Under the pieces are notes generated by a model, which saw only the letters and a program-made list of their open reading frames with translations, ran no database searches and was not told the DNA's origin. Below, piece by piece: positions 11,991-26,600 of a stretch of DNA of 64,000 nucleotides (within the stretch, counting starts at the first letter, position 1; each line of letters starts with the position of its first letter). Both the position numbers and the translations under genes were made by a program. This DNA is from Monocercomonoides exilis PA203 (taxonomy: Eukaryota; Protista; Preaxostyla). Location of the stretch: assembly GCA_001643675.2 (NCBI GenBank), contig LSRY02000056.1:501390-565389 (forward strand), in the 5' to 3' direction.

Positions 11991-14369
11991 ATATTTGCTC
12001 ATAATTTATTTGTTATATTTATTTATATTTAATTTTATTTTTTTAGTGGTATGTTCCGCCATCTTCTTTTTCACAGAAAAACATTTTTGAAGCAGGCCGT
12101 GATATTCTTTTGGAGTGCCAAATTCAATGTAGAATGAGATTCTTGAAAGCAAGTGCAAATGGACAACTAATTCTTGGATTCTGTTTAGAAGGATATGTGC
12201 TGCAAGAGGAAAAGATATAACACATCGAAAAATTATTCAAGTAATTTCAACTAATGATGCACATATGTTCACATATTGAATTTTCCACCGAATAACACTG
12301 ATGGATCTTCAACGAAGCACACTGAAGAATTTTTGCATTTGAACAAAATTAAGAAGACTAATATAAATAATCAGTAATTAACACTACAATTTTATTCATA
12401 TGATCTTATAATGGAGAGGGAAATGAGAGGAGGAGGAGGAGGGACGGAGGGGTTGGAATACTGATCGAGAGGCGAAAGAGGATAATTGTGAAGGTGAGTG
12501 CGGAGACTGTAAGGGAGCTTTGGGTTTGGATGAAGAAGACAGAGGATGTATATAGGACTTGTGATGGTGATGAAGACGAAAAGAAGAAGAGAAAGAAGAA
12601 ATGTGAATGTTGATGACACTGCCGTTGAATTCGCTTGATCAGTTATTTGCATATTTTTCAACAAAGATAATCAGATCATTTCGATTTTCTGTATTTTTAT
12701 TTCACAACGGGAAATAATCGCATTTTTTGTATTGCATGCACAAAAGCATCAAAAGAGAGAAGAAACAAACGTTTGATAGAAAATCCACAATTTTATTATT
12801 ATGTTTTCGACTCATCTCATTCAAAAAACATTTTGATCAAAATTGATGGATTATTGGCTTATAAAAAAATTGAGAACGCCAAATGCTCAAGAAGTCAAAT
12901 GCAAAATAAACAGTACATAATATTGAATGAACTTTTAAGTGTTGTAAATTTAATACTGAAAAAGCTGAACCAATGAAGATACAGAGCATGAGAATTTTAA
13001 AGAATTGAAAAGGAGAGTGAAATGGTGAGAAATGAAAAAGGAGTAATAAAAATATCGTTTTGAGCAAAACTCTTTGTGATAAAAAATTTACAGGTAGTCC
13101 TTATTAAATTGCAACATCAGAATCATAGTGTCTAATATTGCCAGTATTCAGAAAAGTTCAGATCTTTCTCTTTAATGAATCATTGGAAGTGTTTTTTCTT
13201 TAGTTAAAAAACACATATATAATCTTTCTATTTCAATCCACAGTGTTTTAATTCTTTCTATCTTCCTTATTGTTATAAGTTTTTAAAATATTCCTTCTTC
13301 TTATCTTCATCCGCTTCTGTAAAGAGTTTTGTTGAAGAATATTTCTATCTTATCATTTTGCGATCAATCCGCGATGCAAATATTGTTGTTAATAGGATCA
13401 AATGCGAAAAAACGTTTTGTTCTCATCGCTTCATCCACACAGCCTATTATTCTATGATGAAATTCTCTTTTATTTTATCACAATCCTCACGCAAAAAATT
13501 ACAAAACAAAATCCATAAATAAAAAACTGCTAAGATGATGAAACGTTAAAAATTAAATTCAATTTCTTTTAACTGGTTTTTAATTCCGAAATAACTGTTT
13601 TCATTGTTGAATTTCAATTGCCAATGTCTATTTTATTGACATTTTCATTTCTTCGCAACAATTAAATAAATGCTTCGAGTATTTCATTGGTTTGTTGAAT
13701 TTTATAATTATCTAAAAGAATATAAGAAAAGAGAATAACAAATTTTTTTTAAGTCCCTTTATAGCACCAAAAAAGTTTTTTTCATAACTTATATGAAACG
13801 ATCATTTTTCAAGATGATTATCTTAACCACATGTCATGTTAAAGTTATGTTTGTTCATTTTTTTGATGAAGTTTTTACAGAATCTTGGTTTTAAACATAT
13901 TTCTCTTCATTTTTCAAAAAAATCATAAAAAAACTTCAATAATGAGTATTTTTTATTTTAAACTCAATATTATCTATTAAATACGTCGAAGGAACTTATG
14001 TCTCATGTTCATTAGGCTTTTTTTTTTCAGTTGCAAATTTATTCGCTGAAAACGCTTGTTGTGCCGTATTTTCCCCCAATTAATTAATGAGCCACACACA
14101 TTTCGATTAATTAGTAGTTTTTTTGGTATTTTGAAAAATATTATCAACTGAATAAATACATTTGAATGCATAACCTGTTTCTAATGGGGGGGAAAATGGG
14201 GTGTTCAAAGCCTCCCGTTGAAATTCCATCAGTTTCAGGTTGGTTCCAATGAATTAAATTCAAAAAAATATTCATTAAATGTTCAAAAAAGAAAATTTCA
14301 ATGAAAGTTGAAATTTATAAAAAAAAATTAAATAAATTAGCTAAATGATCATTATCCAAATAATAAAAA

Positions 14370-15959
14370 ATGAAAAAGGAAGTTGCAAGGAAAATTACTG
14401 CGGGACAGCTGAAGCTGCGGGAGGTGATGCAATCATTTTAACATCTGAAATTTCGGAATCCGCTAGAGCGAATGGCGCATAGAGTTAATGATGGAGCTGT
14501 GCGTATGGTGGATGCAAACAACAGCAAAAAATTCAGCAAAATTCGAATCAAGCGTGCGGTGAAGGCTGTTCGGCAAGGCAGACTTGTTTCATAAATTGGG
14601 AGACCTGCTGTAGTCATTGGCGAAAAAGAGCAAACAGTGCTGGACGAAATTAAAAAAAAATCACTGTCTGGAGCAAGCTTCACCATCAAGAAAATGCGTG
14701 AACTGGTTTGCATAAATATTCTTTGAAATGTATAAATTAATATTAATTTGATTGAAAATGTTGTTAATGATTAAACACCAGAGAACACGCCAGATGTTAA
14801 AGTTTTTGCGTCAGTTGCCAACGATTTCATCAAACGACATCCAGAGCTGAAGACATCAAAGCCGAAAATTGTTGATGCAAATAATCTTGCGGTGTCATGC
14901 CAACAAGTTCTGAATCCCTGGATTGATATGCTAAATGGATAACATCATTACAATAATAACGACAATGCACTTCTATTTAATGTGGATGAGTCATCACACA
15001 GAATCCAAGATAGCTCCAATCTGTATGTTTTGCATCCATTAAATGCAAAACCCAGATACGCTAAATCTGCAGCGCGAATGGCGAATTCGACACTGATTGC
15101 GGCAGTTGCGGCTGGTTGCTTAACACTTCCTTCAGTGATTCTGTGCCCGAGTCTCAAACTTTCTGATGACTTGAAGCCTCTTCAATCTTCAAAACTCGAA
15201 ATTCGGCAGAACATATGCAAATGCATGGAATCTTCAACGTTCAGAAAATATGAGCTAACAATTCATCTCCCTTTCATCAAAGGAAAAAGACAACTCATGT
15301 CTCTTGACGAATTTCATTGCTTGCTTTAAACTGACTCCATCATTTCTCATGCAAATTTGACAATCTGTCAAGAGTTAATAAAAAATGAAGACGAATTAAT
15401 TGACGTCGATCACAGCACACACATCTACCATCCACTGGACCTAGGGGTTTTTGGAGTTCTGAAGTCTGAAATGAGTTCACAGAACGAAGTACATTTATCA
15501 TCATCTTTCACTGTGAAGAAAACAGCTCTTGTTGAAGCTCACCAGCAATTTATACATTCGGTACTATCTCCTTCGGTCATCAAAAGAGCTTTCAAATGCA
15601 GCGGAGTGCTGAAAGACTCGTCTGGGCCAGTTCTGAAAAAGCTTCCTCAATCATCGACTTATCCTCTTCCTTCACATAAAAATCGATTTGACTTCTACGG
15701 TAAAGAAATAACAGAAGAAAAGGTGCTAAATGAGTGGGATGATTATTTGAAAAAGAAAAGCGAAATGGAAAATGAAAAAGAAAACATTTCGGATGAAGAA
15801 AATGATGAATCAATGAATTTCACAAAAAAGCCGAAAAGACAGTTTAAAATACTTCAAGATGAGAACGACATTGATAAAGAATCATCTGATGAAATTGAAA
15901 GAGGAAAGGGAAAAAGAAAAGTCATACGCAAATTAGATTCGAGTTTTGTATTTTTTTGA
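14370..15959 (+). pseudogene. decayed pogo-like DDE transposase with a remnant intron
   Basis: Motifs IGRP, FIKRHPEL, LFNVDES, LL*TDSIISH, HSTHIYHPLDLGVFGVLK and IKRAFKCSG. Five in-frame TAA stops. A GTTTGC donor at 14706 opens an AT-rich intron-like spacer whose acceptor appears damaged. Confidence 0.85.
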
Positions 15960-16487
15960 ATTTTTTATAAAATTTTTCATTTCGAAAAATTTGTGCACCA
16001 ATTAAAAATCGGACTATTAAAAAATATGACTCTGTTGGTGCATTTTTATTTTTATTCCATAGATATTTGCTTTATGGTTGACTAAACTTCATGAAAAAAA
16101 TGAAATGTTCCACAAAATGTTGCAAACAAAACATCAATAATTTCAATAATAACATTGCGTTTTATCGTAAGATTGATTTTGAATAGTTATTTGTGGAGAA
16201 ACAAAATCCAATAAACGAAACCAAAATGGAATGAATAGAAGAAAGTTGTCAAGATTGAGTAAAATATTATGTGGTGTCTTTCACAAATGCTGAGTATAAA
16301 ATGTTATGTTTCATAAAATAGGATTATTTGTTCTTTTGCAACGTATAGAATAAAACAATTTAATAGTTTATAAAAAATGACAATAATCATCATTTGATCC
16401 AAATAAATGTATTATAAAAAAATAAATTTGATTCAATATTTCGCAATTATCGTTTTTTTGTGAATATAAGCACGACGAAACAACTTA

Positions 16488-19400
16488 ATGCTTTTATCAT
16501 TGCTTATTCTAGTTGCAGGTTTTCGGAGAATCGTTGGTAAATTGGAAAAGGAGCCATTTACTGAAGATATCATTAATTCTTTCATTGATAAAAGTATTTG
16601 GCAATATGATGATAATGACGCCATTGTAATGACTGATATGATGGCAAGCAAAAAAAGTTGTTTGCATCATTTGAAGCAGAATTTCGATGATTATTTTTTG
16701 TACAAAGACACAAAAAATACTAGAAATTATGAAAATGTATTTTTTGGAAAGAAACTTGACAGGTGTGACGTTTTATTTCTTATTTTCCATGATCTATTAA
16801 ACATTTTTGGTGCATATGCTATTCGAGTTTGCAATTTTCGCAGAAAAAAATTGAGTCACAGTTCATGAGCAGAATTGATTCACAAGTTGTCGCAAAGAAT
16901 TCTTCGCTTTCTGTGGTTCTTGTACAGATTCGCTGCCCACAGAAATCTGCTGCATCTTTGAATTGCATTCCGCATTTGACTGTAATAGGGTCATTGCTGG
17001 AGATGAAGGACTGCCAGGTGATACTTTCGTCGTGCGAGAATAATTCTCCATTTGCGTGCACCGGAGGCTCTTTGGGACTGTGCAATTTAACGCTGGGGAT
17101 TGATGATCCAAAGCATTTTGTTGAATCTCTGGTCTGCCCAATTCCCTCTTCTTTATTACCCGGTGGGTCGATTTCCATTGGTTTCAGCTCTTTTGAATCG
17201 TTTTTCGTGGGATCATCAGCTCCTTTTGTTGGCGGTGCATATTTTTCGGAAATCATAATTGAAGACTGCTTCTTCTGTAACATGTCTTCTGTCGCAATTC
17301 GAAAGAAGCCCCGCCTTTTTGAACTTGAACCAAATTCTAATTTTCTTGAAGGTTGTGAATTTACAGATTGCGAGCAGCCATTTTATGGAGTAATTGTTGG
17401 AGGATTGCCTGAAAAATCGTTTTTATTTCGAAATTCATCTTTTATCAAATCACGTGAAATTTTTACGAACCAAAATTATTCGGTTAGTGGAAAATCATTT
17501 TCCAATGACAATATCACATTTGTTGATTGCAATTTTACAAAATGTTGTTCCGTTCATGGAGGCGCAATAACTGTGAGCGGAAACTCAAAGTTAAACGTGG
17601 CAAGCTGCAACTTTGCTGAATGTTATGATACATTCAACCAAAACTATGGATATGGAGGGGCAATTTACTGCAGCGGAAGTGACTGTGAACTCAGAAGTTC
17701 AACTTTCAACAAATGTTCCGGAAAGGGTCAATCGTCAATTGGAGGAGCTTTGACACACGTTACATCAGGGTTTAGTACAATTATTAAATGTTCGTTTAAC
17801 AGTTGTTCTGCTGCTTATGGAGGAGCAGTTGCTTGGTACATGGGAGGAAGTGGATCTGTTTATGATTCAGATTTCGAAGGAAGCAAAGCCACTTTGAAAT
17901 ATGCAGGAACCTTAATGATGATAAATGTGAAAACGACGATGAAGATATCCAATTGTTCTATTGCTGGGGGAACATCTCAATTAGGTGCAGGTGGAATTGA
18001 CGCTGGAATGAATGGATACTATGCATCATTCAGTTTTGCATATTGCCTGTTTCAGAGAAACTCGGTTAACTATGTATACCATGCTGCGGATGTTTTTTTT
18101 GGGAAATATTTCTCAGCAGCATCAGCACAAAATTCCCTTCAATTCTGCTTTTCATTATCAACTTTTAAGAATAGAGTTGTATTATGTAATGAATATGCAG
18201 AGGATTGTGGCTATGGTGCCCCATACAATCAATGGTTGCCTCATGCTTTGGAAAACATTTTTGTGAAAAATGCTGGAAGTGACAAAGTTGCTTGCGGAGG
18301 GATAGGAAATGAATGCAAGACTGTGAAATATGGAATAACAAGTTGGAACTATTATATGAATAATTCAGTGATTGTTGCGGGAGAGTTATTTGAGGAAGAA
18401 GCGCTTGACATAGAATGGAAGAAGATCAGAGTCAGCGGCTCTGAAGATGGTTCAACGATACTGAAATGTCTATATTCGTCGACAAAAGAAGGATGGATCA
18501 ATATTGGAAATGGCACGCTTGAACTGAGCAAAGCATCAGTGGTGTGTGTGAGCAATCGTTCGGCAGCAATTGTTGGAAAGGATGGTTCACTTGTGCTGGA
18601 GCAGTGTTCAATTGCAAAGGATTCTGAATGCCAAAATCCATCGATGCGATCACTTCTGAAAATCGAAGGGGGGTTTTTGGGAATCAAATCTACGAACATC
18701 ACAGGATTTACATTTTCAGAAGGATGCGCAGTGGAAGTTATTGATGGAAAAGTCGTGAGATTTGAGGGAACAAATTTTTCATCAGTTACAAGTGAAGCGA
18801 ACGGTGGATGTGTGAGTGTTGTGTGGGAGAAGGAAATGAACGGTCAATGTGAAGTGTATTTTGTTGATTGTAATTTTACTGAATGCAGCACAAATGGCAC
18901 TGACACTTGTGGTGGGGCGCTGTATGTGCGTTTGCAAGAAAGAGGTGGGCTGATTATGAACCAAACAGCGTTTTGTGGGTGCATGGCAGGAGTTGAAGAA
19001 GAGAAGAAAGGGAAAGGAGGAGGAATATTTGTTGATTGCAGAAAAACAGATTCATTTGTATTTTCCGATTTGAAATTTGAGAGCTGTGACGCATTTGCAG
19101 GGAAAAACATGTTTATGTTTTCGAATGATTTGAATCAGTCTGTTTGTGCAGATCGTTTTGTATTTGACGTTCGAGAAACAGAAAAGGAGAAGAATTTATT
19201 TGTTGGGAATGACACAACCAAAACAGACTTCGATTTGAGACGATTTTTGATTTTTTATGACAATGAAACGATTTATGTGAGCAGCAGTGGATGGGATGTT
19301 CTTCGGTGTGGCAGCGAAGAAGAGCCGTGCATGAACTTGTATTATGGCAAAATGCATTTCCCATCCAAACAGGAGGTTCCAGATGGTGAGACGAGAACAT

Positions 19401-22400
19401 TTCAGATTATTGGCGAGGTGATGATAAACTGCGAGGCAGACGTTTCAGATATTGCAATTGTGGGATCGTTGGGTGAGGAGCGAAGCGCGTTGATGAGGTT
19501 TTGCGCAGTGGTTGAAGCCAAAGCGGGGAAGACAGAGAAAGGGGAATCTGTTTTTGTGAACGAGAAGGTGAGCGTATTTGGAGGCATGGAAATATGCTGT
19601 GAGTTTGGTTCTGAATGGAGTCAGACCAAGCTTATATGCACACGTGGAGAACGCTTTGAGATTAACGATTGCTCTTTTGTTAGGAGTTCGAGTGATGAGC
19701 TTGTTTATTCGATTGTTGAGTGTCTGTCGGGGAAATGCGAACTGATAGATTGCTCTATGAAACTTCAAAAATGCAGAGAGTGGGTTGTTTCTTTTGCAGA
19801 AGGGAGCCAAATGGTTCTGAGCAATGTTTCTATGGCAGATATTGAGTTGCTTGGAAAGAGTGCATTTGCAGTTGTGGCACAGACAAGAGAGGTGGGCAAC
19901 AATGAAGAAGAGACAGGAAGTTTAATGATGGAAAAATGCATTTTTAATAAAGTTCATCAGAATGGCGGAACAGAATCGTCTGTTTTGATGAGTGTGGGAA
20001 GTGCTGTGGCAATTGTATCAGTGTTAAACACGAGTATGAAAGGCTGCGGAAATACAGACAGTGAAAGAGGAGGAGCGATGCTGATTAGGATGAATGAAAG
20101 GGTGGAATTTTCATGTTGTTTTTCGAAGATAACAGAATGCTTCTGCTCAGAAAGTGGGAGAGGAGGAGGGGTGTATCTGGACTGTGAATCAGCAGCTGAT
20201 GCCTTGCTTCCATTTTTGTTTGAGAACGTCACACTTCAAGGAAACAGGGGATATCGAGGGAGGGATGTGTATGTTAAGTGCCAGGATCTGGATCAACAAA
20301 TTGGGGAGAAGCAGTTCAAACTCGACTTCCGAGCACCATTTGAAAAGGATCTGGCGATATGGGGTTGCACAAAGGAAAACGATGAAGACGAGGAAGATTT
20401 ATTGCTTCGGGTGATGACTTGGCAGAGCGAAACGATTTTTGTGGCAGCAGAGGCAGCAAACAGCTCAGACTCTCAGCAATGTGGCACGACAGATGAGCCC
20501 TGCATTTCGCTGAATATTGGGTTGGCACATATTGTGCCATCTGTGTTCAGCAATCTTCTTGTTGACAAAGAGTGCAAAATAACGGGAGAAGGATCGGCAA
20601 CAGATGTGACGATAAAATCGATGGAACCAGATGGGGAAAGGAGTGTTGTTTTGGTGAACCAAAGTGTTGAAAGAGCAGAAAGCTGTTTGCTGATCTGTTC
20701 TTCAAGGGTGAAGATCGAATATTTGGCATTTGTGATCGGAAGGATGTTTTCGTCAGAGCACCAGAGTTTGATCTGCCTGAAAGATGGAGTGTTGAGTGTT
20801 GTTGATATTTCGTTTGCTGGAGAAGAGAAGTTCGAAGGAGAGGAGGCAATTTCGATGAAGTGTTCGATGGTGAAAGTGAACAAGGGAAAGTTGGTAATGA
20901 GTGATTGCAGCATATCGTCTCTTGTGATTTGTTCGTCTGTCTTTGTTTCAGACCAGGGCAGTGGGATCAATTTGCGGAATGTGAGTTGTTCGAGCATCGA
21001 GTCCATGCAGCTGATGCGATTGAATGATGTTGAAAAGGTGGCATTGCAGGATATGAACGTGTCAAATTGTATTTTTGATGAATGTTTGGCGGAAATGTGT
21101 TGTTGTGCTTCGTGTGAAGCTGAGAGGATTTCTGTTGCAAAAGTGGAATGCAAGAAAGGGATGATTTCTCTCAAAGCGTCTGAAGCTGGAAGTAAATCGC
21201 AAATATCAATACGCTTCTGGACGGTGACTGACGTTGAGGTTGACGAAGGATCGTTGATTTCTGTGGACGAGGAGTGGTCTGGAGTTGAAATCGGAGATAT
21301 GCATGCAACAAATGTGATTTTGTCAAATGGGTGTGGAATCGATATTGTTGCAACGGATGTTGAGCTTATGGTGAAGCAAACTTCATTTATGAACGTGAGC
21401 AGAACATCAGCTGGCCCGTGCTTCCTTTCATCTGGAAGGCCTGCTAAGTCAGCAGTGATTGAACTTTGCTCATTCGTTGGCTGTGAATCACCATCTGTTC
21501 AAGGAAGTATTATCGATGTTTATGAAGCAAAAGAACTCAGGATTGTTTCGTCTGTGTTTGGTGCGAGTGAAATAAAGAAAAATGATTGTGAATCTGGAAA
21601 CAAAGGAGAAGAAGTGTGCCAATGGAACGGATCAGTGCTGCAATTCTCCAACTGCTCGTCAGAGATGAAAGACACAACAGTTGCAAACTCCTCGAAAGGA
21701 GGTGTGACGATCTCTGGAGGATCGATGAAAATGGAAGAAGGGAAGTTTGTTGGAAACAATCCGTTGATCGATAAATACCCATCTGCAAGAAGAAACATGA
21801 TATGTGAGGGCTTTGCGGAGCTGAACATTGTGAGTCTGAAGGGAGGGGATGGTTTGGAAAGGAATTCATCGATGTGGATATTGGATAAAGACTGCAAAAC
21901 GACAGGAATAGCAGATGAGAGAGACTCACTGCTATTCATTCCAAAGCTTGAAGCGATAGAAACAAAGAAAAATGGAGAGAAGATGCAACTAACGTTCAAA
22001 GGATTGCTATTTCTTCCCTGCAATCTTTCGTTCAGTGTTTGTTCATCTGTTGGTGATGTTGAGATTAAGGATTCGTTTCAGTTTGAGGATGACGATTTCA
22101 TTTCGGAGAATGAAGTGCAAGGAGTGATATCAGAAACGATCATCAATGATGCAGCAGACGATGCTGAGGTTTCTGTTTCAATTCTTTTTGGAAATTCAAG
22201 AAATCCAGCGTCAACCGATTTGTTTATTTTGAAGAACAAGAGCAAAGTTCAGACAGATGGAAATGATAATCTTGCCAAAAGTGGAAAGGATGGAAAATCA
22301 TCATGGGCATTGATTGGCTGTATTGTGATAGTTGTCATTCTATTTATATTATTGATAGTATTTGTTGTTCGGTGGAGAAAACAAAAGAGAAGAACAAAAG

Positions 22401-23626
22401 AATTGGAAGTTATTGTGAATGATACTGTTAGAAAAGATCCAAAGTTGATTGAGATGGCGACAATGGAGATGTCTCCTGAAGAGCAGTGGAGGAGAGCTGA
22501 AAGAGAAGCGGAGAAGAAGAACGAAGAGAAGATAAAGAAAAGGGTGTATGAGAAAAGCTTGGGGCACTCGGAGTCGTCAGAGCATTTGTTGAGTGAAAGT
22601 GACTCGACTGAATACATTCTGGGAAGAGATTCAGACAAGATCCCAGAATGGATGTTAGAAAAGGTTGAGAAAGAAGAAGAAGAAGAAGTGAGAAAGGGAT
22701 CACCATCTCCGTCAATTTCATCCACTTCAACAACTGATTCAGATTCCACATTTGTTCGAGGAGAGGATCTGTGCCCAACCACCTCATCAATGTCGAATCT
22801 GGTGGATGCAATGGCATGTTCATCGCCTCACGAAAAGCTCATTGTGGATCTGAGGGATTCGATGTTCATGCTGCTTCACGGGAGGAACAAGACAAAGGAG
22901 ATGGCAATTGGAACTCTGCAGGAAAGAGAGCAAACAGCTGCTCAGATCCTGTTCTGGGTGGCAAATCTCGCTCTTCACTCCTTCGACGAAATGAACAACC
23001 CGCTCCAATCGTTGGCTAATCTGAGTCCGCACATTGTGCTGTTCTCGGAGCACATGGTCATCTGCATTGCGCTCCACTCCGACTGCTCCTCAGATGATTC
23101 TGACTCTTCGTCCATCTCTTCATCTTCCACTATTGTGACATCCTCCTCTGATTGCTCGTGTACGAATAAGAACTGCAGAGACTCACCTCCACCCTCATCG
23201 GCGTTTGAAGACGATGACGACAACAGGAAGGAGTGCATGAGATGGAAGGCGCCAGAACTGATGATGAATAAGAATATGGGAGCAACAAAGGAATCTGTTG
23301 CCTTCTCCATTGGGATAATGCTTTGGGAGTGCTTGACGTTGCAGATTCCGTTTGGTGAGTACGAGGCAGAAGTGGCAGGAAAGAAGATTGTTAATGGTGA
23401 GAGGCCAGAGATGGGGATGGCTGAGGAGTCAACACTGGGAGGGGTTTTGAAGAATTGCATGCTCCAAACGCCTTCAGAGCGTCCATCGTTGGTGATACTG
23501 AAGCGAGAGTTCATTCAGCGGTTTCCAGCAGGTGCGGTTGTGATGACTGTTTCTGATGCAGTGGACATTGATGATGAGACAGGGGACTGTGAAGAGAGCA
23601 ATTTCAGCAGCTTGATTGAGCAGTGA
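16488..23626 (+). CDS. giant type-I membrane protein: signal peptide, Cys-rich Pmp/pectin-lyase-like beta-helix ectodomain, TM helix, truncated TKL-like pseudokinase
   Basis: 2265-aa ORF with GGA(I/L/V) repeats, three CG..(P/E)C modules, TM WALIGCIVIVVILFILLIVFVV, then RWKAPEL and AFSIGIMLWECLTLQIPF. The signal-peptide ORF at 16488 joins in frame through a putative phase-0 GT-AG intron at 16770-16843. Confidence 0.85.
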
Positions 23627-26600
23627 GGATCGAGTGGGTGTTGACGGAATTGGAATGGAAACGATTGAATTGCTGCTCAGTCAAGAGAACAGCAACAGAA
23701 TTGAGTGTGGCAGAGATGAGAATTTGCTGAATACTTTTTTAATGGCTTTGGAGATGAACAATGATCAAAGTTGATGTTCCAAGCAAGATGAATAGATGAA
23801 GATGGAACGAGTGTGCATGTGTGAGTGTCTGTCTCAAATATGGATGGATACGTGGATTTATAAAACCTTTTTCTACGATTTTCAGTCAACTTGTTTGTGT
23901 TAAATTCATAATATTAAAATTCCTTCAAGAATTTATTGTTTTTATTTGATAGTTGAAAAAGAGCTGCACTTCGTTTGATTGCCGAGGAGTTTTTTATTTT
24001 TGTTTCTCAAATGAGAGAAAGTTGACTTTTTTCGTTCACAACAACATTTTCAATTTTATAGATGTTTTCGTTGTCTGTATTCATGTAATTCACATTATTG
24101 TGTTTCACTTATTTCGTTCAAACATTTTTATTCATCATTTCAACCAACACCTTCGATTTTGTTAATTGTTCCAAATTAATAATGTGCAAGATATTGCATT
24201 CACAAATATCAATTATTTGATGAAGTTGAATTTATAAGAAAATGAAAAAATTTTTTTCAAGCTTGGCAGGAAAAACAACAAACTTGAATAAATTGTTCAG
24301 TTTCTTCAATCATGTGCGAAACCATATTTTCATTGAACTCATAATGAGTATGAAATTTTTGTTGTTTTGATCCATAATTTCTCTTGCTTTATTTTCGAAA
24401 ACAATTGGAGAATCTTATCAAAAGATAAAAAATTATTCATAAAAATGAGCACAAAAAGAACAACTGCCTTTTTTAATACAAATTCACAAAATAAGAAATC
24501 GAATTGCTAAGAAATATTCTAAGTCATCAAATTTTTCTTTTTCATAAACCACAACAAATCATCATCAGATATCATCTACAAAATCGAAGCCCAAGAGTCT
24601 CCATATTTTTTTCTTTCGTTTTTTTAATAAAAATAAATAGTGCATTATATCAATGTTATGCAATTGTTGTGAATGAAATAAGGGTTTGATTTTTTTTGAA
24701 ATGAAAAATTGTTTTTTTTTTTCTTATTCTTTCTTTTTTTTTTGAGGGGATATTTACCTTTTCTTTTTCATCAACATGATCATTATCAGAAGATACTTCA
24801 GATGATATATCTTCTGTTTCAGTTTCACTCCAATCATCAAATCCTTCGGATTTTTCGGATTCATCTTTGCAGAATTTGATTGGAGTACATATTTTCAGTT
24901 TTTAACATCTTTATGAAAAATTAAGCACTTTTGTCTTTCGATAATTCAATTGATTATCGTTTTGAAAAAGAATATTTTTCAAAAAAATATTTGATAGACG
25001 TGAAGAAATAACTGATTTTCATGCTTTTTTTGGACAAATCAAAAAATTTATTGTTTCACTCATTTATTTCAGAAATTTCCTCAGTTATCATAATTAATTG
25101 GTTTTTCATATCTGTTAACATGCTTCATTTCGTAGCAGCATTATTTTGTGCAACATAATTTGAATATGAAAAAATGAACACGTTATGTTCAAAAAAACTG
25201 TTTTCAAAAGATACATCCAAAGTACATAATTATTCAATGAAAAAGCTTTGTATTTCTATATTTCCCATTATTACATATGTATATTTACGTTGAATGTATA
25301 TATTTGTGATTTCAATTACAATATATTATAAATTGGTGACGAATTATAGCTATTATTTTTTTTTTGAACCACCTTTTATTCCAAAGTTTTTTTCCAAGCC
25401 CATCACAATAAGTCTTGTATACTAATGTGAAAGAATGCTAAAAAATATATAAAATAGCCAGAAAGAATCAAAGTTGCAACATGAAACAAAATTCATAAAT
25501 CAAAAAAAATTCTTCCATATTTTCAAATAAAAAATTTCACATTTCTGCTCAAAATTGTGTTTTTGTTTTGTTTTATTAATAACCAGGGAAATTGCATACT
25601 ATTTTGAATATAAAAAATGTTGTATTTAGGGCATTATTAATAAATGCAAAAAAAATAATTCAATGAAATTTATGAAAAACTGTTTAAATTTTTAATTGTT
25701 TATTTATTTATTTTTATTAGACCTATTTTCGTTCGTTTAAATCATTTGGTTTCAGCTTAAGCGAAGCCACAAAGTTGAACAAAATTTTAACAAGTGCTTA
25801 TCCCTTTAAAAAATATTGAGTCATTGGGAATTGATTTTCTTCTGGGTTTATGATCATTGTTTTTGACAGTTTTTTCTTTTCAAATTTTTTATAAATTTTG
25901 CAAAATTTTTTTCATTCCAAGAATATTTGAATCATTGTTATTTCGATTTAGCTGAAAAATGCGAAATATACATGAATAAATTTTCGAAAAATTCAAAACC
26001 AATCATTAATAATTGTTCAAACAATTAAAACGTTAAATAGTTGGCTGAATCTCATTCTTTTGATTTTTCTTAACTGAATTGAAGTTTCACAATGGAATGA
26101 TTACAACAGATAAAATAAATAAAAATCAAGATAATAAAGCCAAAAAAATTCATTTGAATAATATAAATGCGCTGTATCATTCAAAATTTTGCTTTTTCCA
26201 TAAGTATTTTGTTTTTATTGAACAGAAATAACAAACAAAAACTGCTTGTCATAGAAAAAACAAATCAAAAACCAAAAAAGAATTGTTTGAACATTTTTCA
26301 TAAGTTAATGAAAATAATGAAGGAATATGAGTGGACCAAACATTGCTAGTTGTAAAATACAGCACAATATTCGCTGGGCATTGTTAAAAGCGATTAAAAC
26401 ATAAAAACCAATTCCAAAAAATCTGGACCTATTTTCATTGATAGATTAAAAACAGATAGAGAATGTATTGAAAATGAAAGAATAAACAGTATACTTAAAA
26501 ATAGATAAAAACATACAATTTGTTCACTAGAGACAGAGCAAACTCAGAAGTTTCATGATCATAGTTGGTATATAACCTTTTTTAAATTGAACAAAAAAAT

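Noticed and set aside
22820-23077. Antisense ORF conserved in both receptor paralogues (also 61281-61538)
   Set aside because: It is explained by the nucleotide identity of the sense-strand core, with no independent coding signal.
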